Shown: positions 39,733 to 50,649 of the stretch, piece after piece | How the letters are laid out: each line of letters starts with the position of its first letter | Numbering within the stretch: position 1 is the first letter of the stretch | Assembly (NCBI GenBank): GCA_025061115.1 | Contig: JANZKC010000001.1 | Location: forward strand, 352,001 to 416,000 | DNA length: 64,000 nucleotides | Direction: 5' to 3' | Origin: Candidatus Culexmicrobium cathedralense | Lineage (GTDB): Archaea > Thermoproteota > Methanomethylicia > Culexarchaeales > Culexmicrobiaceae | Notes under the pieces: generated by a model | Seen by the model: only the letters and a program-made list of their open reading frames with translations | Told to the model about the DNA's origin: nothing | Databases searched by the model: none | Translations under genes and position numbers: made by a program

Positions 39733-40382
39733 TATTCAATCACCTCATTCCAATCCTTAATTTCGCCAGAAGCAACTTTAGCGAAATCCTCAAGGCAGTC
39801 AGCAGGCCCCTTCACCAAAACTACATCTCCAACCTGGAATTTCTCGAAGTCCTCTGGATCTATGATAAGCTCCTTACCCCTCCTTATTGCAATGACGTAA
39901 ATTCCAAGTTCAACATCTAAGTCCAGTTCACCAATAGACTTACCCACTAAGTATGAGTCCTTAGCAATTACAACTCTCTTATAATGAGGCTCAATTTTCT
40001 CCAAAACCTCTCTAACAGCAGGATGAATGCCCAGCTTCCTAAGAACTACATGAGTTATATCCGAAACGGCATTCGAAATCTCATCCATGGCTATGGCAAC
40101 CTTAACGACGCTCGACATCGACTCAGCATCCGCCCTATCTCTAACCGCAATTGCAGCGCTCATCCAAAGCTGGTAAAGCAAAGAATCGATTTCCCGCTCA
40201 AGCTCGAGAACCTCATTAGCCAAATCTTCATCGTTAAGTAGCACTGAAGCATAAGCTAAATCTATCATCAAGCCGCAGATGTCCTTCATTTCCTTCAAGA
40301 CTTCCCTAACGGACATCGGCTTCAAGTGAAATCCAAATTCATCAGAATACTTGCGCCTCATATGAAATCTATAAACCCCCAA
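39732..40382 (-). CDS. PhoU + TrkA_C domain protein (paralog)
   Basis: MKDICGLMIDLAYASVL; SYLVGKSIGEL..VIAIRRG..P..FQVGD. Confidence 0.87.
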   Translation of the reverse strand: MGVYRFHMRRKYSDEFGFHLKPMSVREVLKEMKDICGLMIDLAYASVLLNDEDLANEVLELEREIDSLLYQLWMSAAIAVRDRADAESMSSVVKVAIAMDEISNAVSDITHVVLRKLGIHPAVREVLEKIEPHYKRVVIAKDSYLVGKSIGELDLDVELGIYVIAIRRGKELIIDPEDFEKFQVGDVVLVKGPADCLEDFAKVASGEIKDWNEVIE

Positions 40383-40424
40383 TTCTCACTAACAAATACA
40401 ACATATGATACTTAAAAATTTAAG

Positions 40425-41642
40425 CTAAATGCTTGCAAGCAAAAACCTAACGACAAGCACAATAATGGTCGTTCCAAGAATATCAGCAATTGAGCTCTCA
40501 AGAGGAATAACCAAATTGTCAGGATCCCAACCCTTGTTGTAGGCAATCACTCCAATTGCAAATGAAAGCACTGAAATGAGGGCGGAGCCCAGCAAGCTTA
40601 CCAACAGGCATAAAATAATTAATGAAGGCAAACTAGCAGGAATGCCCGTAGCAATGCATAGAGAATAGCTAGACAAACCATATATAAGGTGAAGTAGAAG
40701 CGATGAAATCTGCATGCTAACAACATCCAGCGCTACCTCCCTAAATGAAGAAAGTCTAGGCATAATTAAGCCCAATGCAAGCTTAGTTGTAGTTGTGGAA
40801 CCCACCATCGATCCAAAGCCGCCAAGCGCATTCAATAGAACTGGATAAACAACTATTATTTCAGGCCTAGCCTCCAATGCGTACTTAAAGCTAGCCAATA
40901 TAACTCCACCAATAACGCCGCCAAAACTAGTTAACAATATAACTGGCGAAGCCTCTCTGATAGTTGAAGCGTAAACTCTCAACTTCAAATCCTGCCTAGA
41001 AAAATAGATTAAAGTCGAAAGCGCTATTAAAGCTAAAGCTGCAATCACGATGATTGAGGCGGGATAGTGATTCAGCGTGAAGTGCACCGTAACCGCATAG
41101 CACGCTGCAACGAGAACGTCACTAATAATTGCAACTACAGGGTATACGATGATGTCGGGGTCTAAGCCCCTCTTAAAGCTTAGAAAAGCCGTAAAAATCG
41201 TGATGGGCATGGATATGATGGTGGCCAATGCACATGAAGCTAATGGAGTCACTATAAAATATGGAAGGTCAGCAGCGGAAGCATGGCCAGCAGGCAGGTT
41301 AACTATGAAAGTTAAAATCCCCATGCCTATCGAGTCAATGAAGGTCAGCATGAAAATAGCTCGAAGTAGAGCGTAAAATTCGGAAGTATTCTTCATAAAG
41401 CTGACTTTAATTTGACCAGTATGAATCATTGTTCCAAGCTTACCAGACAAAACCCCGCTAATATCGCCCCTTAAAGTCAAAATTGAAGGATATAAAGCTA
41501 TAATCCAAGGAATGGCTACAAATAGGTGGCTAAAGGATGAAATTATGCGGCCGGAAAACATTCCGCCGATGCTAAATGTCAAGGCTATTGTTGACTGAAT
41601 AAAAGTTCTAAGAAAACGCTGCCGACTATTGTAAAGCCTCAT
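40425..41642 (-). CDS. MgtE/SLC41 membrane-domain divalent cation transporter (duplicated)
   Basis: Two repeats: LRGDISG..GLDPDIIVYP..D and GGFGS..GWDPDNLVIP..D. Confidence 0.87.
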   Translation of the reverse strand: MRLYNSRQRFLRTFIQSTIALTFSIGGMFSGRIISSFSHLFVAIPWIIALYPSILTLRGDISGVLSGKLGTMIHTGQIKVSFMKNTSEFYALLRAIFMLTFIDSIGMGILTFIVNLPAGHASAADLPYFIVTPLASCALATIISMPITIFTAFLSFKRGLDPDIIVYPVVAIISDVLVAACYAVTVHFTLNHYPASIIVIAALALIALSTLIYFSRQDLKLRVYASTIREASPVILLTSFGGVIGGVILASFKYALEARPEIIVVYPVLLNALGGFGSMVGSTTTTKLALGLIMPRLSSFREVALDVVSMQISSLLLHLIYGLSSYSLCIATGIPASLPSLIILCLLVSLLGSALISVLSFAIGVIAYNKGWDPDNLVIPLESSIADILGTTIIVLVVRFLLASI

Positions 41643-41779
41643 TGCCCCATCGCTAACAACCTCACTCCGCTGTGGCTTTACGATTAAATAGCACTATAAT
41701 ATTTAGTTTTTCATTCATATGAAATAGCTTCCGACAATACTATTTAGTCACCTCCCCAATAAGGTGTAGTGGTGAGAAC

Positions 41780-42802
41780 TTGAAAGTCAAAATAAGTGCT
41801 GACTTGCTTGAGGAAGCTAAGCAAATACATGCAGAGAGCATAATAATTGATGCACATTGCGACACAGCTCTACACATAATCGATAGACTAGGGAGACCAG
41901 GCTGGAAACCGAGAAGCATAGTGGAGAGAAGCGAGCAGGGCCACGTAGATATTCCAAGATTATTTGAGGCAGGAGTGACCTGTCAATTCTTCGCAATATA
42001 CGTTGACGCCATATATAAACCCGAAAAAGCAACGGCAAGAGCACTTGAGTTAATAAGCGCGCTTTATAGCGAATTCGAAAAAGCAGAAGGTAAAGTAGTG
42101 GTCGCTAAAAGTACTGAAGACATTTTAAAAGCTAAAAATCAAGGCAAGATTTCAGCATTGATCTCGCTTGAGGGAGGAGAACCCATTCAATTTAGCCCAC
42201 TTCTTCTAAAGGCATTCCACATGCTAGGCATGAGAGCAATGTCACTAACTTGGAATGAGAGAAACATGCTTGCAGATGGTATATCAGAATCAATAACCAA
42301 AGGCGGGCTAACTACACTAGGATTGAAAGTCATTGAGAAAATGGAGGATCTCGGAATAATAGTAGATGTCTCCCACATAAGTGAAGCTGGATTCTGGGAC
42401 ATAGTTGAAAATTGCAGTAAGCCAATCATAGCCTCGCACTCGGATTGCAGAGAGCTATGCAACCACCCTAGAAATTTAACTGACGAGCAGTTGAAAGCAA
42501 TAGCTGAAAAGAATGGAGTTGTAGGAGTGAACTTCTACCCGAAATTCCTAGTTAAAGATGGCGAAGCGACAATTGATGACGTAGTAAGGCACATAGACCA
42601 CATAGTTAATGTAGCCGGCATAAACCATGTAGGACTTGGATCCGACTTTGACGGAATATCTTCAACTCCAAAGGGGCTTGAAGACGTTAGCAAGCTTCCA
42701 AACTTAACAGCCAAACTCATAGAAAGAGGCTATTCAAAAAGTGAAATTAAGAAAATTCTGGGAGAAAACTTCCTCAGAGTTATTAGGGAAGTAGTTGGGT
42801 GA
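41780..42802 (+). CDS. M19 membrane-dipeptidase family
   Basis: DAHCD, SLEGG, LTWN, DVSH, ASHS, HPRNL, GLGSDFDG. Confidence 0.93.
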   Translation: MKVKISADLLEEAKQIHAESIIIDAHCDTALHIIDRLGRPGWKPRSIVERSEQGHVDIPRLFEAGVTCQFFAIYVDAIYKPEKATARALELISALYSEFEKAEGKVVVAKSTEDILKAKNQGKISALISLEGGEPIQFSPLLLKAFHMLGMRAMSLTWNERNMLADGISESITKGGLTTLGLKVIEKMEDLGIIVDVSHISEAGFWDIVENCSKPIIASHSDCRELCNHPRNLTDEQLKAIAEKNGVVGVNFYPKFLVKDGEATIDDVVRHIDHIVNVAGINHVGLGSDFDGISSTPKGLEDVSKLPNLTAKLIERGYSKSEIKKILGENFLRVIREVVG

Positions 42803-42812
42803 ATGAAAAGCC

Positions 42813-43952
42813 ATGGAAAAACCACCTAAATTCACCATAAAATGCAGTGAATGCGGCATAGAACTACCCGAAAACTACTGGTACTGGAACTGCAGAAACT
42901 GCGGAGCCCCACTTGAAATCAAAATCGAAAAACCCAACGTTACGCGGAGAGAGCTATCAATAAGAGAGGGAAGCATTTGGAGATACAAGGAGTTCATACC
43001 CCTAAATGAGAAATCCAAAGTAACGCTTGGAGAAGGATTCACCCCAATGATTAAGAGAAAGATAGCAAACATAAACGTTCTCTTAAAACTCGAATTTCTA
43101 AATCCAACAGGCTCATTCAAGGATAGAGGGGCAAGCACAGCAATAACGCGAGCAATCAGCTTAAAAGCAAAAAGAGTAGTTGAAGATTCATCTGGAAATG
43201 CTGGAGCATCGATAGCAGCCTACGCAACAGCAGCTGGAATACAAGCAAAAATATACATTCCAAAAAGCGCTCCAAAAGCGAAGAAGGAAATTATAATGAT
43301 ATATGGAGGACAGCTTACAGAAGCGAAGAGTAGAAGTGAAGCAGCTGAAAGAGCAGTTAAAGAGCTTAACGAAGGCGACTACTACATCGGCCACGCGTGG
43401 AATCCATTTTTCATTGAGGGAGTAAAGACGATGGCATATGAATTAGCCGAACAACTGAAATGGAATCCTCCAGACAACATAATTGTACCAACAGGAAATG
43501 GAACCCTACTACTTGGATTGTATAAGGGGTTTAATGAGCTGATCAATATTGGTTGGATTAAGCACAGGCCAAAGTTAATTGCAGTTCAACCTGTAGGGTG
43601 CGCCCCATTATATGAGGCAATTTACGGAAAAAGCGCTGGGAAAAGAAAGGCAGTGCTTGCAGATGCAATGAGAGTAGCAAATCCACCTCGAATAAAGCAG
43701 ATGATAGAAGCCATTAGGAATACTGAAGGCAAAGTTATACTTGTAGACGACGCGGAGATAGTATGTGGGCTCAAGCACCTGCTGAAGCTTGGACTACTGG
43801 TTGAGCCTACATCAGCATCAGCCGTATCAGCACTAATAAAGTTGAAGAATGAAGGCACAATTGAAGGCGAAACTTGCATACCATTAACTGGGTGCGGAGT
43901 TAAAATGGCAAGCAAGATTTTGAGAATAGTGCAGAAACTAGATAAGTGTTAA
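42813..43952 (+). CDS. thrC: Threonine synthase-like PLP enzyme
   Basis: N-terminal CxxC..CxxC, TLGEGFTP, NPTGSFKDRG, SSGNAG, PTGNG, VEPTSA. Confidence 0.82.
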   Translation: MEKPPKFTIKCSECGIELPENYWYWNCRNCGAPLEIKIEKPNVTRRELSIREGSIWRYKEFIPLNEKSKVTLGEGFTPMIKRKIANINVLLKLEFLNPTGSFKDRGASTAITRAISLKAKRVVEDSSGNAGASIAAYATAAGIQAKIYIPKSAPKAKKEIIMIYGGQLTEAKSRSEAAERAVKELNEGDYYIGHAWNPFFIEGVKTMAYELAEQLKWNPPDNIIVPTGNGTLLLGLYKGFNELINIGWIKHRPKLIAVQPVGCAPLYEAIYGKSAGKRKAVLADAMRVANPPRIKQMIEAIRNTEGKVILVDDAEIVCGLKHLLKLGLLVEPTSASAVSALIKLKNEGTIEGETCIPLTGCGVKMASKILRIVQKLDKC

Positions 43953-43986
43953 AAGGTTAGTAGCTAAGTTGAAAATGGAGATTAAA

Positions 43987-45582
43987 ATGGAATTCGACAC
44001 GATAATCATTGGTGGAAAAATTATTGATGGAACTGGAAATCCGTGGTTCAAAGCGGACTTGGGAATAAAAGATGGAAAAATAGCTGCAATGGGAAAATTG
44101 AGAAGTGCTGAAGCCAATCGAATCATAACTGCTGAAGGACTAATAGTGTGCCCAGGATTCATCGACATCCACAGCCACTCAGACTACACGTTGCTTGTAA
44201 ATCCAAAAGCTGAAAGTAAAATTAGGCAAGGAGTAACCACGGAAATTGTCGGAAATTGCGGAAGCTCAGCAGCTCCTCTAATAGGTGAGATGAAGGAGAG
44301 AGCAACTGAAATAGCTGAGCGATACGGCTTAAAAGTTGACTGGACATACATGGACGGGTATTTGAAGAAGCTTGAAGAAAATGGAGTAGCAGTTAACGTA
44401 GCAACATACGTTGGATTTGCAAACATAAGAATAGCAGTTCTTGGCTATGAGGATCGCAGCCCTACTAGAGATGAACTTGAAGAAATGAAGAAGCTTGCAG
44501 CTAGGTCAATTGATGAGGGAGCCATAGGATTATCAACAGGGCTTCGCTATGACCCGCAATCATATGCTAAAACCGAAGAGGTTATCGAAATAGCAAAAGT
44601 AGTGGCTGAGAAAGGAGGAATCTATGCTTCACATATTAGAGATGAGGGAGATAGAGGCAAGCTATTAGAGGCTATTAAAGAGGCAATAGAAATTGGAGAA
44701 AAGGCTAGAATTCCAGTTGAAATATCACACCTAAAAATACTGGCAAAACCACTCTGGAGCAAATGCGATGAAATGCTAAAATTAATTGAGAATGCAAGAT
44801 CGCGTGGAGTTGAAGTGACGGCTGACCAATACCCATACAAGGCAAGCGGAACATCACTATTAGCTTGGATACCAAAATGGGCATTTGAAGGAGGTAGAGA
44901 TAAGCTTCTAGAGAGGCTCACAAATCCAGAAACCAAAGCTAAAATAAAGGAGGAATTAGCCAGAGTAATGGAATTGAGGGGAGGGCCTGAAAGAGCACTA
45001 ATATCCAGATTTGAAGCAGACCCAACACTCGAAGGATTAACCGTTAAACAAGTAGCTGAAAAGTGGAAAGTCCAGCCAGATGAAGCAGCAATAAAGCTAG
45101 TTGAAATAGCAACAAGGGAGAAGTCTTCGCTTGGAATAATAAACTTCAATCAAAGCGAAGAAAACATAATAAAGATAATGAAGAAGCCTTGGGTTATGGT
45201 AGCAACAGACGGATATGCACTAGCTCCCTACGGACTTCTTGCAAAGGGAGTGCCGCACCCAAGAAGCTACGGAACCTACACTAGAGTACTAGGAGCATAT
45301 GTTAGGGAAAAGAAAGTGCTCAGGCTCGAAGAAGCTATAAGGAAGATGACTTCACTACCAGCTAGAAAAGTAGGCTTCATGGATAGAGGAATTCTAAGAC
45401 CTGGATTCTGGGCTGACATAGTTATATTCGATCCAGATGAAATAATTGATAAGGCAACATACTTGAAGCCAGCGCAGTACCCAGAGGGAATCAAATTCGT
45501 ACTAGTTAATGGAGAAGTAGTAATTGAAGAAGGAGAGCACACAGGAAAACTTGCAGGAAAAATATTAAGGAAAAAATGTTGA
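43987..45582 (+). CDS. N-acyl-D-amino-acid deacylase (D-aminoacylase)
   Basis: PGFIDIHSHSD, QGVTTEIVGNCG, SHIRDEG, ISHLK, DQYPY, HPRSYGT. ORF extends to 43969. Confidence 0.92.
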   Translation: MEFDTIIIGGKIIDGTGNPWFKADLGIKDGKIAAMGKLRSAEANRIITAEGLIVCPGFIDIHSHSDYTLLVNPKAESKIRQGVTTEIVGNCGSSAAPLIGEMKERATEIAERYGLKVDWTYMDGYLKKLEENGVAVNVATYVGFANIRIAVLGYEDRSPTRDELEEMKKLAARSIDEGAIGLSTGLRYDPQSYAKTEEVIEIAKVVAEKGGIYASHIRDEGDRGKLLEAIKEAIEIGEKARIPVEISHLKILAKPLWSKCDEMLKLIENARSRGVEVTADQYPYKASGTSLLAWIPKWAFEGGRDKLLERLTNPETKAKIKEELARVMELRGGPERALISRFEADPTLEGLTVKQVAEKWKVQPDEAAIKLVEIATREKSSLGIINFNQSEENIIKIMKKPWVMVATDGYALAPYGLLAKGVPHPRSYGTYTRVLGAYVREKKVLRLEEAIRKMTSLPARKVGFMDRGILRPGFWADIVIFDPDEIIDKATYLKPAQYPEGIKFVLVNGEVVIEEGEHTGKLAGKILRKKC

Positions 45583-45583
45583 G

Positions 45584-47569
45584 TTAAGAGCCGGCCTCTT
45601 TTTTCTCCTTTAAATACTTGTCAAGCCATTTAATCACTTGCTTTAATCTCTCGATGCGATGCTTAGGCTTCCCCGATCTCGATAGGTCGTGATTTTCTTT
45701 GGGAACAAGAACCAATTCAACCTCCTTACCAAGCCATTTTAGAGCTGTAAAGAACTGTAGCGCCTGCTCGTAATAGCACCTCAAGTCCTCAATGCTATGA
45801 AGTATTAGCAGTGGAGTACTGACATTTTCAGCGTAAGTTATCGGAGACTTCTCAATCATTTTCATAATGTTCTCCCTAGTTAGAGGTTTTTTCTCCAAGC
45901 CTCCAAGTATGTGATCCAAAGTAAACCAATATCCTATGTCGCTTACCCCGTAGAAGCTGAACCAATTGGATATGCCTCTCATGCTTACTGCAGCTTTAAA
46001 CCTGCTGGTTTGACCCACAATCCAGTTCACCATGAAGCCTCCGTAAGAGCCGCCAATAACGCCTAGGCGATCTCCATCTATGAAATTGAAATTCGCAATA
46101 GCGTATTCCAATCCTTCCATGATGTCCTTATAATCCCTCTCCCCGTAATGCCCTCTAATGTCAGCAAACTCTTCACTGTAACCGTCACTTCCCCTAGGAT
46201 TCATGTAGATTAGCGCATAGCCCTTTGCTGCAATTAAGTGAAATTCGTGAATAAATGAGTAGCCGTATGCAGTTTTCGGTCCGCCATGAATGTATAATAC
46301 TGTTGGAGCCTTATCACTCTTCATTTCCGGCGGCTTCAAAACCCAACCTTCAATCCAAGCTCCATCGCTAGCTTTACACTTGAAGTTGATCGGCTTAGTC
46401 AGCTTTAGCTTGGATAGCAAAGCTTCATTAAAGCTAGTTAACTTAACTTCACCCAAGCCGCTTCTCCAAACATAAAGTTCGGGAGGCTCCAACTCGTTCA
46501 TTGAAGTAAAAGCAACGACATGTTCGCCATCATTATCTGCCACAGTAAATGCTTCAACGCTCCTTTTACCTTTGGTGACTGCTTCAACTTCACCAGTATC
46601 AATATTAATCCTATGAAGATTAACCGATCCACTATCGTGAACTATGAAATATATGTAGTTTCCCAGCCATCTAGGACCATTAGTTCCTCCAGGGCCTCGC
46701 ACATCGCTATTTAAAGTGTTAATCGTATTCCTATCGATATTGGCAGTTAAATCTACGATTTCCCCTCCATCAGTAGGCACCACGTAAATGTGCCTATGAG
46801 ATATCGTTCCCCTCCTAAAGTTGTGCCCTCTGAAGACCAGCTTCTTATCGTTCGGACTCCATGAGACGAAGTCTATGAACATGTTGGAGTTCGTTAGCTT
46901 AATTTGCTCTCCATTCTTCAAATCATAAACGAACAAGTCCGTTACGTACGGCTTAGCATCATCGAGCTTAGCTATGTAAGCTAACTTATCTCCCATATTG
47001 CTTACAGCTATGTAATTTACATCCAATTCACCGCTAGTAACCTGAGCGACCTCTCCAGTTTGCACATCAACCAGATATAGGTGCTGCCTGAAAGTGTGTA
47101 TGAAGCCCTTTCCATTAAACCAGAACAATAACCTGTCAATTACTTTAACATCCTCCTGAAATTCTCCAGCCATAGATATCATTGCAATGCGTTTATCGCC
47201 GGGAAGCCAATCAATCTGCACTATCGGAGCCTTCCTCTTAATAATTAGCCTCGGCTCGCCGCCATCTAATCGCAGAACCCACAGCTCGCTGCCCTTCTCC
47301 TCCTTCTTCAAAGTCCTGCGGGAAGTGAATGCAAGGTATTTGCCCGAGCGGCTCCAACGAGCATTTGTATCTTTAGGGCCATTAGTTAGACTATAGAGCT
47401 CTTCGCTCCTTAAGTCATAAACCCAAATTCTACTGATGTATTCATCCTCATCTAAGCTCATTTTAGTAACATTGAAGGCAATTTTATCAGCAGCAGGCGA
47501 CACCTGTGGATCGGACACTAGCGTAAGCCTAGTTAAATCCTCAATTTCAATAACCCTATTCCTCATCAT
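45584..47569 (-). CDS. S9 acylaminoacyl/dipeptidyl peptidase
   Basis: Beta-propeller, IHGGP, NPRGS, GGSYGG, DLRC, ENHDLSRSG. ORF extends to 47602. Confidence 0.94.
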   Translation of the reverse strand: MMRNRVIEIEDLTRLTLVSDPQVSPAADKIAFNVTKMSLDEDEYISRIWVYDLRSEELYSLTNGPKDTNARWSRSGKYLAFTSRRTLKKEEKGSELWVLRLDGGEPRLIIKRKAPIVQIDWLPGDKRIAMISMAGEFQEDVKVIDRLLFWFNGKGFIHTFRQHLYLVDVQTGEVAQVTSGELDVNYIAVSNMGDKLAYIAKLDDAKPYVTDLFVYDLKNGEQIKLTNSNMFIDFVSWSPNDKKLVFRGHNFRRGTISHRHIYVVPTDGGEIVDLTANIDRNTINTLNSDVRGPGGTNGPRWLGNYIYFIVHDSGSVNLHRINIDTGEVEAVTKGKRSVEAFTVADNDGEHVVAFTSMNELEPPELYVWRSGLGEVKLTSFNEALLSKLKLTKPINFKCKASDGAWIEGWVLKPPEMKSDKAPTVLYIHGGPKTAYGYSFIHEFHLIAAKGYALIYMNPRGSDGYSEEFADIRGHYGERDYKDIMEGLEYAIANFNFIDGDRLGVIGGSYGGFMVNWIVGQTSRFKAAVSMRGISNWFSFYGVSDIGYWFTLDHILGGLEKKPLTRENIMKMIEKSPITYAENVSTPLLILHSIEDLRCYYEQALQFFTALKWLGKEVELVLVPKENHDLSRSGKPKHRIERLKQVIKWLDKYLKEKKEAGS

Positions 47570-47673
47570 CACTAGCTGTTTTCCGCCAAATCTATAAAAC
47601 AATTGTGGCTTAACTTAGCGAAGTTGAAGCTAATTAATTATCGAGAAGCATTTCAACATTTAAATTAAATTAC

Positions 47674-50649
47674 CTATTTCCAACCCAATGCATATCCCCT
47701 AACAATCTTAGCCACATGATACGCATGCACTTTGGGATTACTACCATAACTCTTAACCTTCAACATTACCCGGCAATCATGGTTAGCCCGAATTTCCAGA
47801 AAGCATCTACTCGAATTCTTTGAAAACGATCCTGAGCCAGTATCATAAGTGAAGACTATCTTCCAGACCCTCTCACCATCAATCTCCTCAGAGGTGAACT
47901 TCCTCACCCGCAGACTCTCATCAGCTCTAGATGGATACGAGCAAAGCCTGCTATACATGTATTTAGCAAAGTCTTGCGCACTAGAAGCTTCTAACTTAAT
48001 TGGAACCTCAAAAATCCAAAAATCCTCTCTACCCCTAGCCTCTCTGACCGCCTTAATTCTCCAAAGCTTCGAAGGAACAACAATTAAAGTTGATCTCAAG
48101 GTTAACAATGAAGCAACTAGCATTCCAATAGTAGCAGTAAGAGAAGTCACCAGAACCCACACGAATGATATTTTGGGCTTAACTTCAATATTTGAAGTCA
48201 AGCGCATAAGCTCATACAAGGATAATCCTAAAGCATAGCCAAGCGAGCCGCCTATGAACCCCAACACTATGGATTCAAACAGAAAGATTGATAGCAACTT
48301 CGACGGAGTAGCACCCACTGCAGATATAGTTGCAGTCTCCCTCCTCCTTTCATGGAGAGCTGCCAGCGAAGAAATGGCAGCGTTAAATACAACAAGAACC
48401 ATTGGAATTACAGCTTCAAAACCCCTCATCTCAAAATACCTTGCAAGAAGCATGTTAACCACTTGATCGCTCATAAACACGGTTACTACGTGCTCTCCAC
48501 CCCTAAATGCAATTAGCTTACCAATCGAAATCAACTCATCTTCACTGCAGTTCAAATAGATAAAGTACCTCGTAGCAAAAAGACCCAAACCTTCTGCCTC
48601 ATCACCATGCAATATGATTACTTCCCTAGCCCTGCAAACTCTCGAAGCATAAATTGAGGGGTTACCATCCTCGCCCTTCAACTCCAAAACCATTTTAAAT
48701 GGAAGAAAAGGCCTCCCACTCAATTCCCTCAACGACTCAAGCTTCGCATCATCAAAAATTCCAGATAAAACATAAGCTCTACCTCTGAAAATTAGCTTTC
48801 TTCCAACATCTACACCCAGTTTTTGAGCTGCTTGAAGACTTATTGCTATTTCTCCAGGTCCAGCTGGCAAATCCCCCTTAACTAAGCAGTTTTTCAACGG
48901 AACATACATTGGATCCAAATCGCTTGACAAACATACTATACCACAAATATTAATTTTGAGAGGGGGATTACCAAGCGGAACCAAATAGCCTAGACCCCTC
49001 ACCTTAGCTCTAGATTCGGCCCTCCAAGTTACAAGTGTAATTTTTCCGGTCAAGTTAGCCATTTCAAGAAGCTTAATATTGGGCGGCAATCCGTACGGGT
49101 TCTGCTCAGCATCAAAGTCGCTGAAGCCAAGAACCGTGAAACCCATTGGAACATACCGCTCAAAGCTTATTCCCAAAGCTCCAATTTCATTCGGCCTACT
49201 GCTACTTAGAATTCCAAGCTCGAAGGAGATAGAGGTGAGTGCAACTCCACCAGCTGTAAACGCTATAAGCGAAATAAGTATTAGAAGTGTCCGCAATTTT
49301 CTACGCCTAAGATTTCTCTTAGCAACTGAAATCAAGTCAACTAAATTTGCTAAGCCTGAAGCCACTGCATATTTAAATGTAAACTTATCGAAAAGCACCA
49401 ATATCAATACGAGAACTAGCGAAGCAGCAACAGCAAAAATCATGCTAAAAATATTTTTAGATCCAGGAAAGAACCTATATAAAAATGCCATCAAACCAGC
49501 TGAAAATATGGGCGAGAAAACCACCTTAAATACAGCTTTTTCAGTTAAAACAAGTGACAAGATTACCGAAGCAAGACAGAAAAATAAGATTAGAAATGTT
49601 AGTGAATGCCCAGCCTCCTTAATCATCCAATCCACATATGAAACAACATTCTCCAGAAGCAAGTTCGCCTCCTTAGCATCACTATATGCTTGCAAATAAA
49701 AACCTTCCTTAAAGAAATCTCTAGCCCTTGAAATTAAATCTTCAGCGCGATTTACCTGACCAATTAAGTAGGATGTGTAATAGCCCCCTTCACCAGCAGC
49801 CTCCACCTTATCTTTAGCTAAAGACAATGTGGATTCAACGCACTGAAGCGCGTAGCGAGCTGAAGCAAAAAGTAAGGATGCATTGACCACATCCCCTTGA
49901 TTAAGAGTTAAATCATCTTCAAATAGGGGAATTGTAATTTTTCTATAAACAACCCTTTCAACCTCTCTACTCCACCACAAATACATACCAGGCACAATTA
50001 AAGTTTCAACGAAAAAGCCCACCGCAAAAATTTTAACGCGCATCTCCGCCGGGACTATTATAACATTTCGCGGTAAACCCAAGTATTTAAGAAGCAAACG
50101 CAAGTCAGAGTCCTCAGCATCCCCGTAAACTGTTAAAGAGTTATTCAACCTTAACGGCATCCCTCTCTCATCAACGATCATAAACATAACCTTACTCGCA
50201 GGTTCACTGTAATTCACGTAAAGTAAACTGCCATCGCAAACTATCGTTGCGCCAGGATGCAGAGAGAAATTAACTTCAAAAGTTTTAAGCTCACTGAATC
50301 GAACACTTAACATCACGTATTGGGGCACATAATCTGCTCCAGGAGTTTTCGGATCATCATAATAAGCAGTAACGAAGAAATTTTCCCAAAGATATAAATC
50401 CCAAATTGAAATCGTCAAGTTCAAATAGTACATTCCATTCTCATCAGTCGTAGATTCAAAAATTGACTTCTTCCCAATCCGATTAAATGCGAATACCCTA
50501 GCTCCACGAATAGGCTCACCACTTTCCAGACAAGTAACTTGGCCTCTAACTACAATATTAACGTATTCCCAGCATAACGAACTATCGACATTAATTATAA
50601 GATTAATAGTAAGGACTATTAGCAGCAGCGCAAGAGCCGTTTTTCTCAT
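47674..50649 (-). CDS. Large FtsX/MacB-like ABC permease with N-terminal extracellular domain
   Basis: Signal peptide; carboxypeptidase-regulatory-like GQV..GEPIRGARV..TDENG; VAKRNLRRRKLRT; HERRRETATISAVGATP..FLFES. Confidence 0.82.
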   Translation of the reverse strand: MRKTALALLLIVLTINLIINVDSSLCWEYVNIVVRGQVTCLESGEPIRGARVFAFNRIGKKSIFESTTDENGMYYLNLTISIWDLYLWENFFVTAYYDDPKTPGADYVPQYVMLSVRFSELKTFEVNFSLHPGATIVCDGSLLYVNYSEPASKVMFMIVDERGMPLRLNNSLTVYGDAEDSDLRLLLKYLGLPRNVIIVPAEMRVKIFAVGFFVETLIVPGMYLWWSREVERVVYRKITIPLFEDDLTLNQGDVVNASLLFASARYALQCVESTLSLAKDKVEAAGEGGYYTSYLIGQVNRAEDLISRARDFFKEGFYLQAYSDAKEANLLLENVVSYVDWMIKEAGHSLTFLILFFCLASVILSLVLTEKAVFKVVFSPIFSAGLMAFLYRFFPGSKNIFSMIFAVAASLVLVLILVLFDKFTFKYAVASGLANLVDLISVAKRNLRRRKLRTLLILISLIAFTAGGVALTSISFELGILSSSRPNEIGALGISFERYVPMGFTVLGFSDFDAEQNPYGLPPNIKLLEMANLTGKITLVTWRAESRAKVRGLGYLVPLGNPPLKINICGIVCLSSDLDPMYVPLKNCLVKGDLPAGPGEIAISLQAAQKLGVDVGRKLIFRGRAYVLSGIFDDAKLESLRELSGRPFLPFKMVLELKGEDGNPSIYASRVCRAREVIILHGDEAEGLGLFATRYFIYLNCSEDELISIGKLIAFRGGEHVVTVFMSDQVVNMLLARYFEMRGFEAVIPMVLVVFNAAISSLAALHERRRETATISAVGATPSKLLSIFLFESIVLGFIGGSLGYALGLSLYELMRLTSNIEVKPKISFVWVLVTSLTATIGMLVASLLTLRSTLIVVPSKLWRIKAVREARGREDFWIFEVPIKLEASSAQDFAKYMYSRLCSYPSRADESLRVRKFTSEEIDGERVWKIVFTYDTGSGSFSKNSSRCFLEIRANHDCRVMLKVKSYGSNPKVHAYHVAKIVRGYALGWK

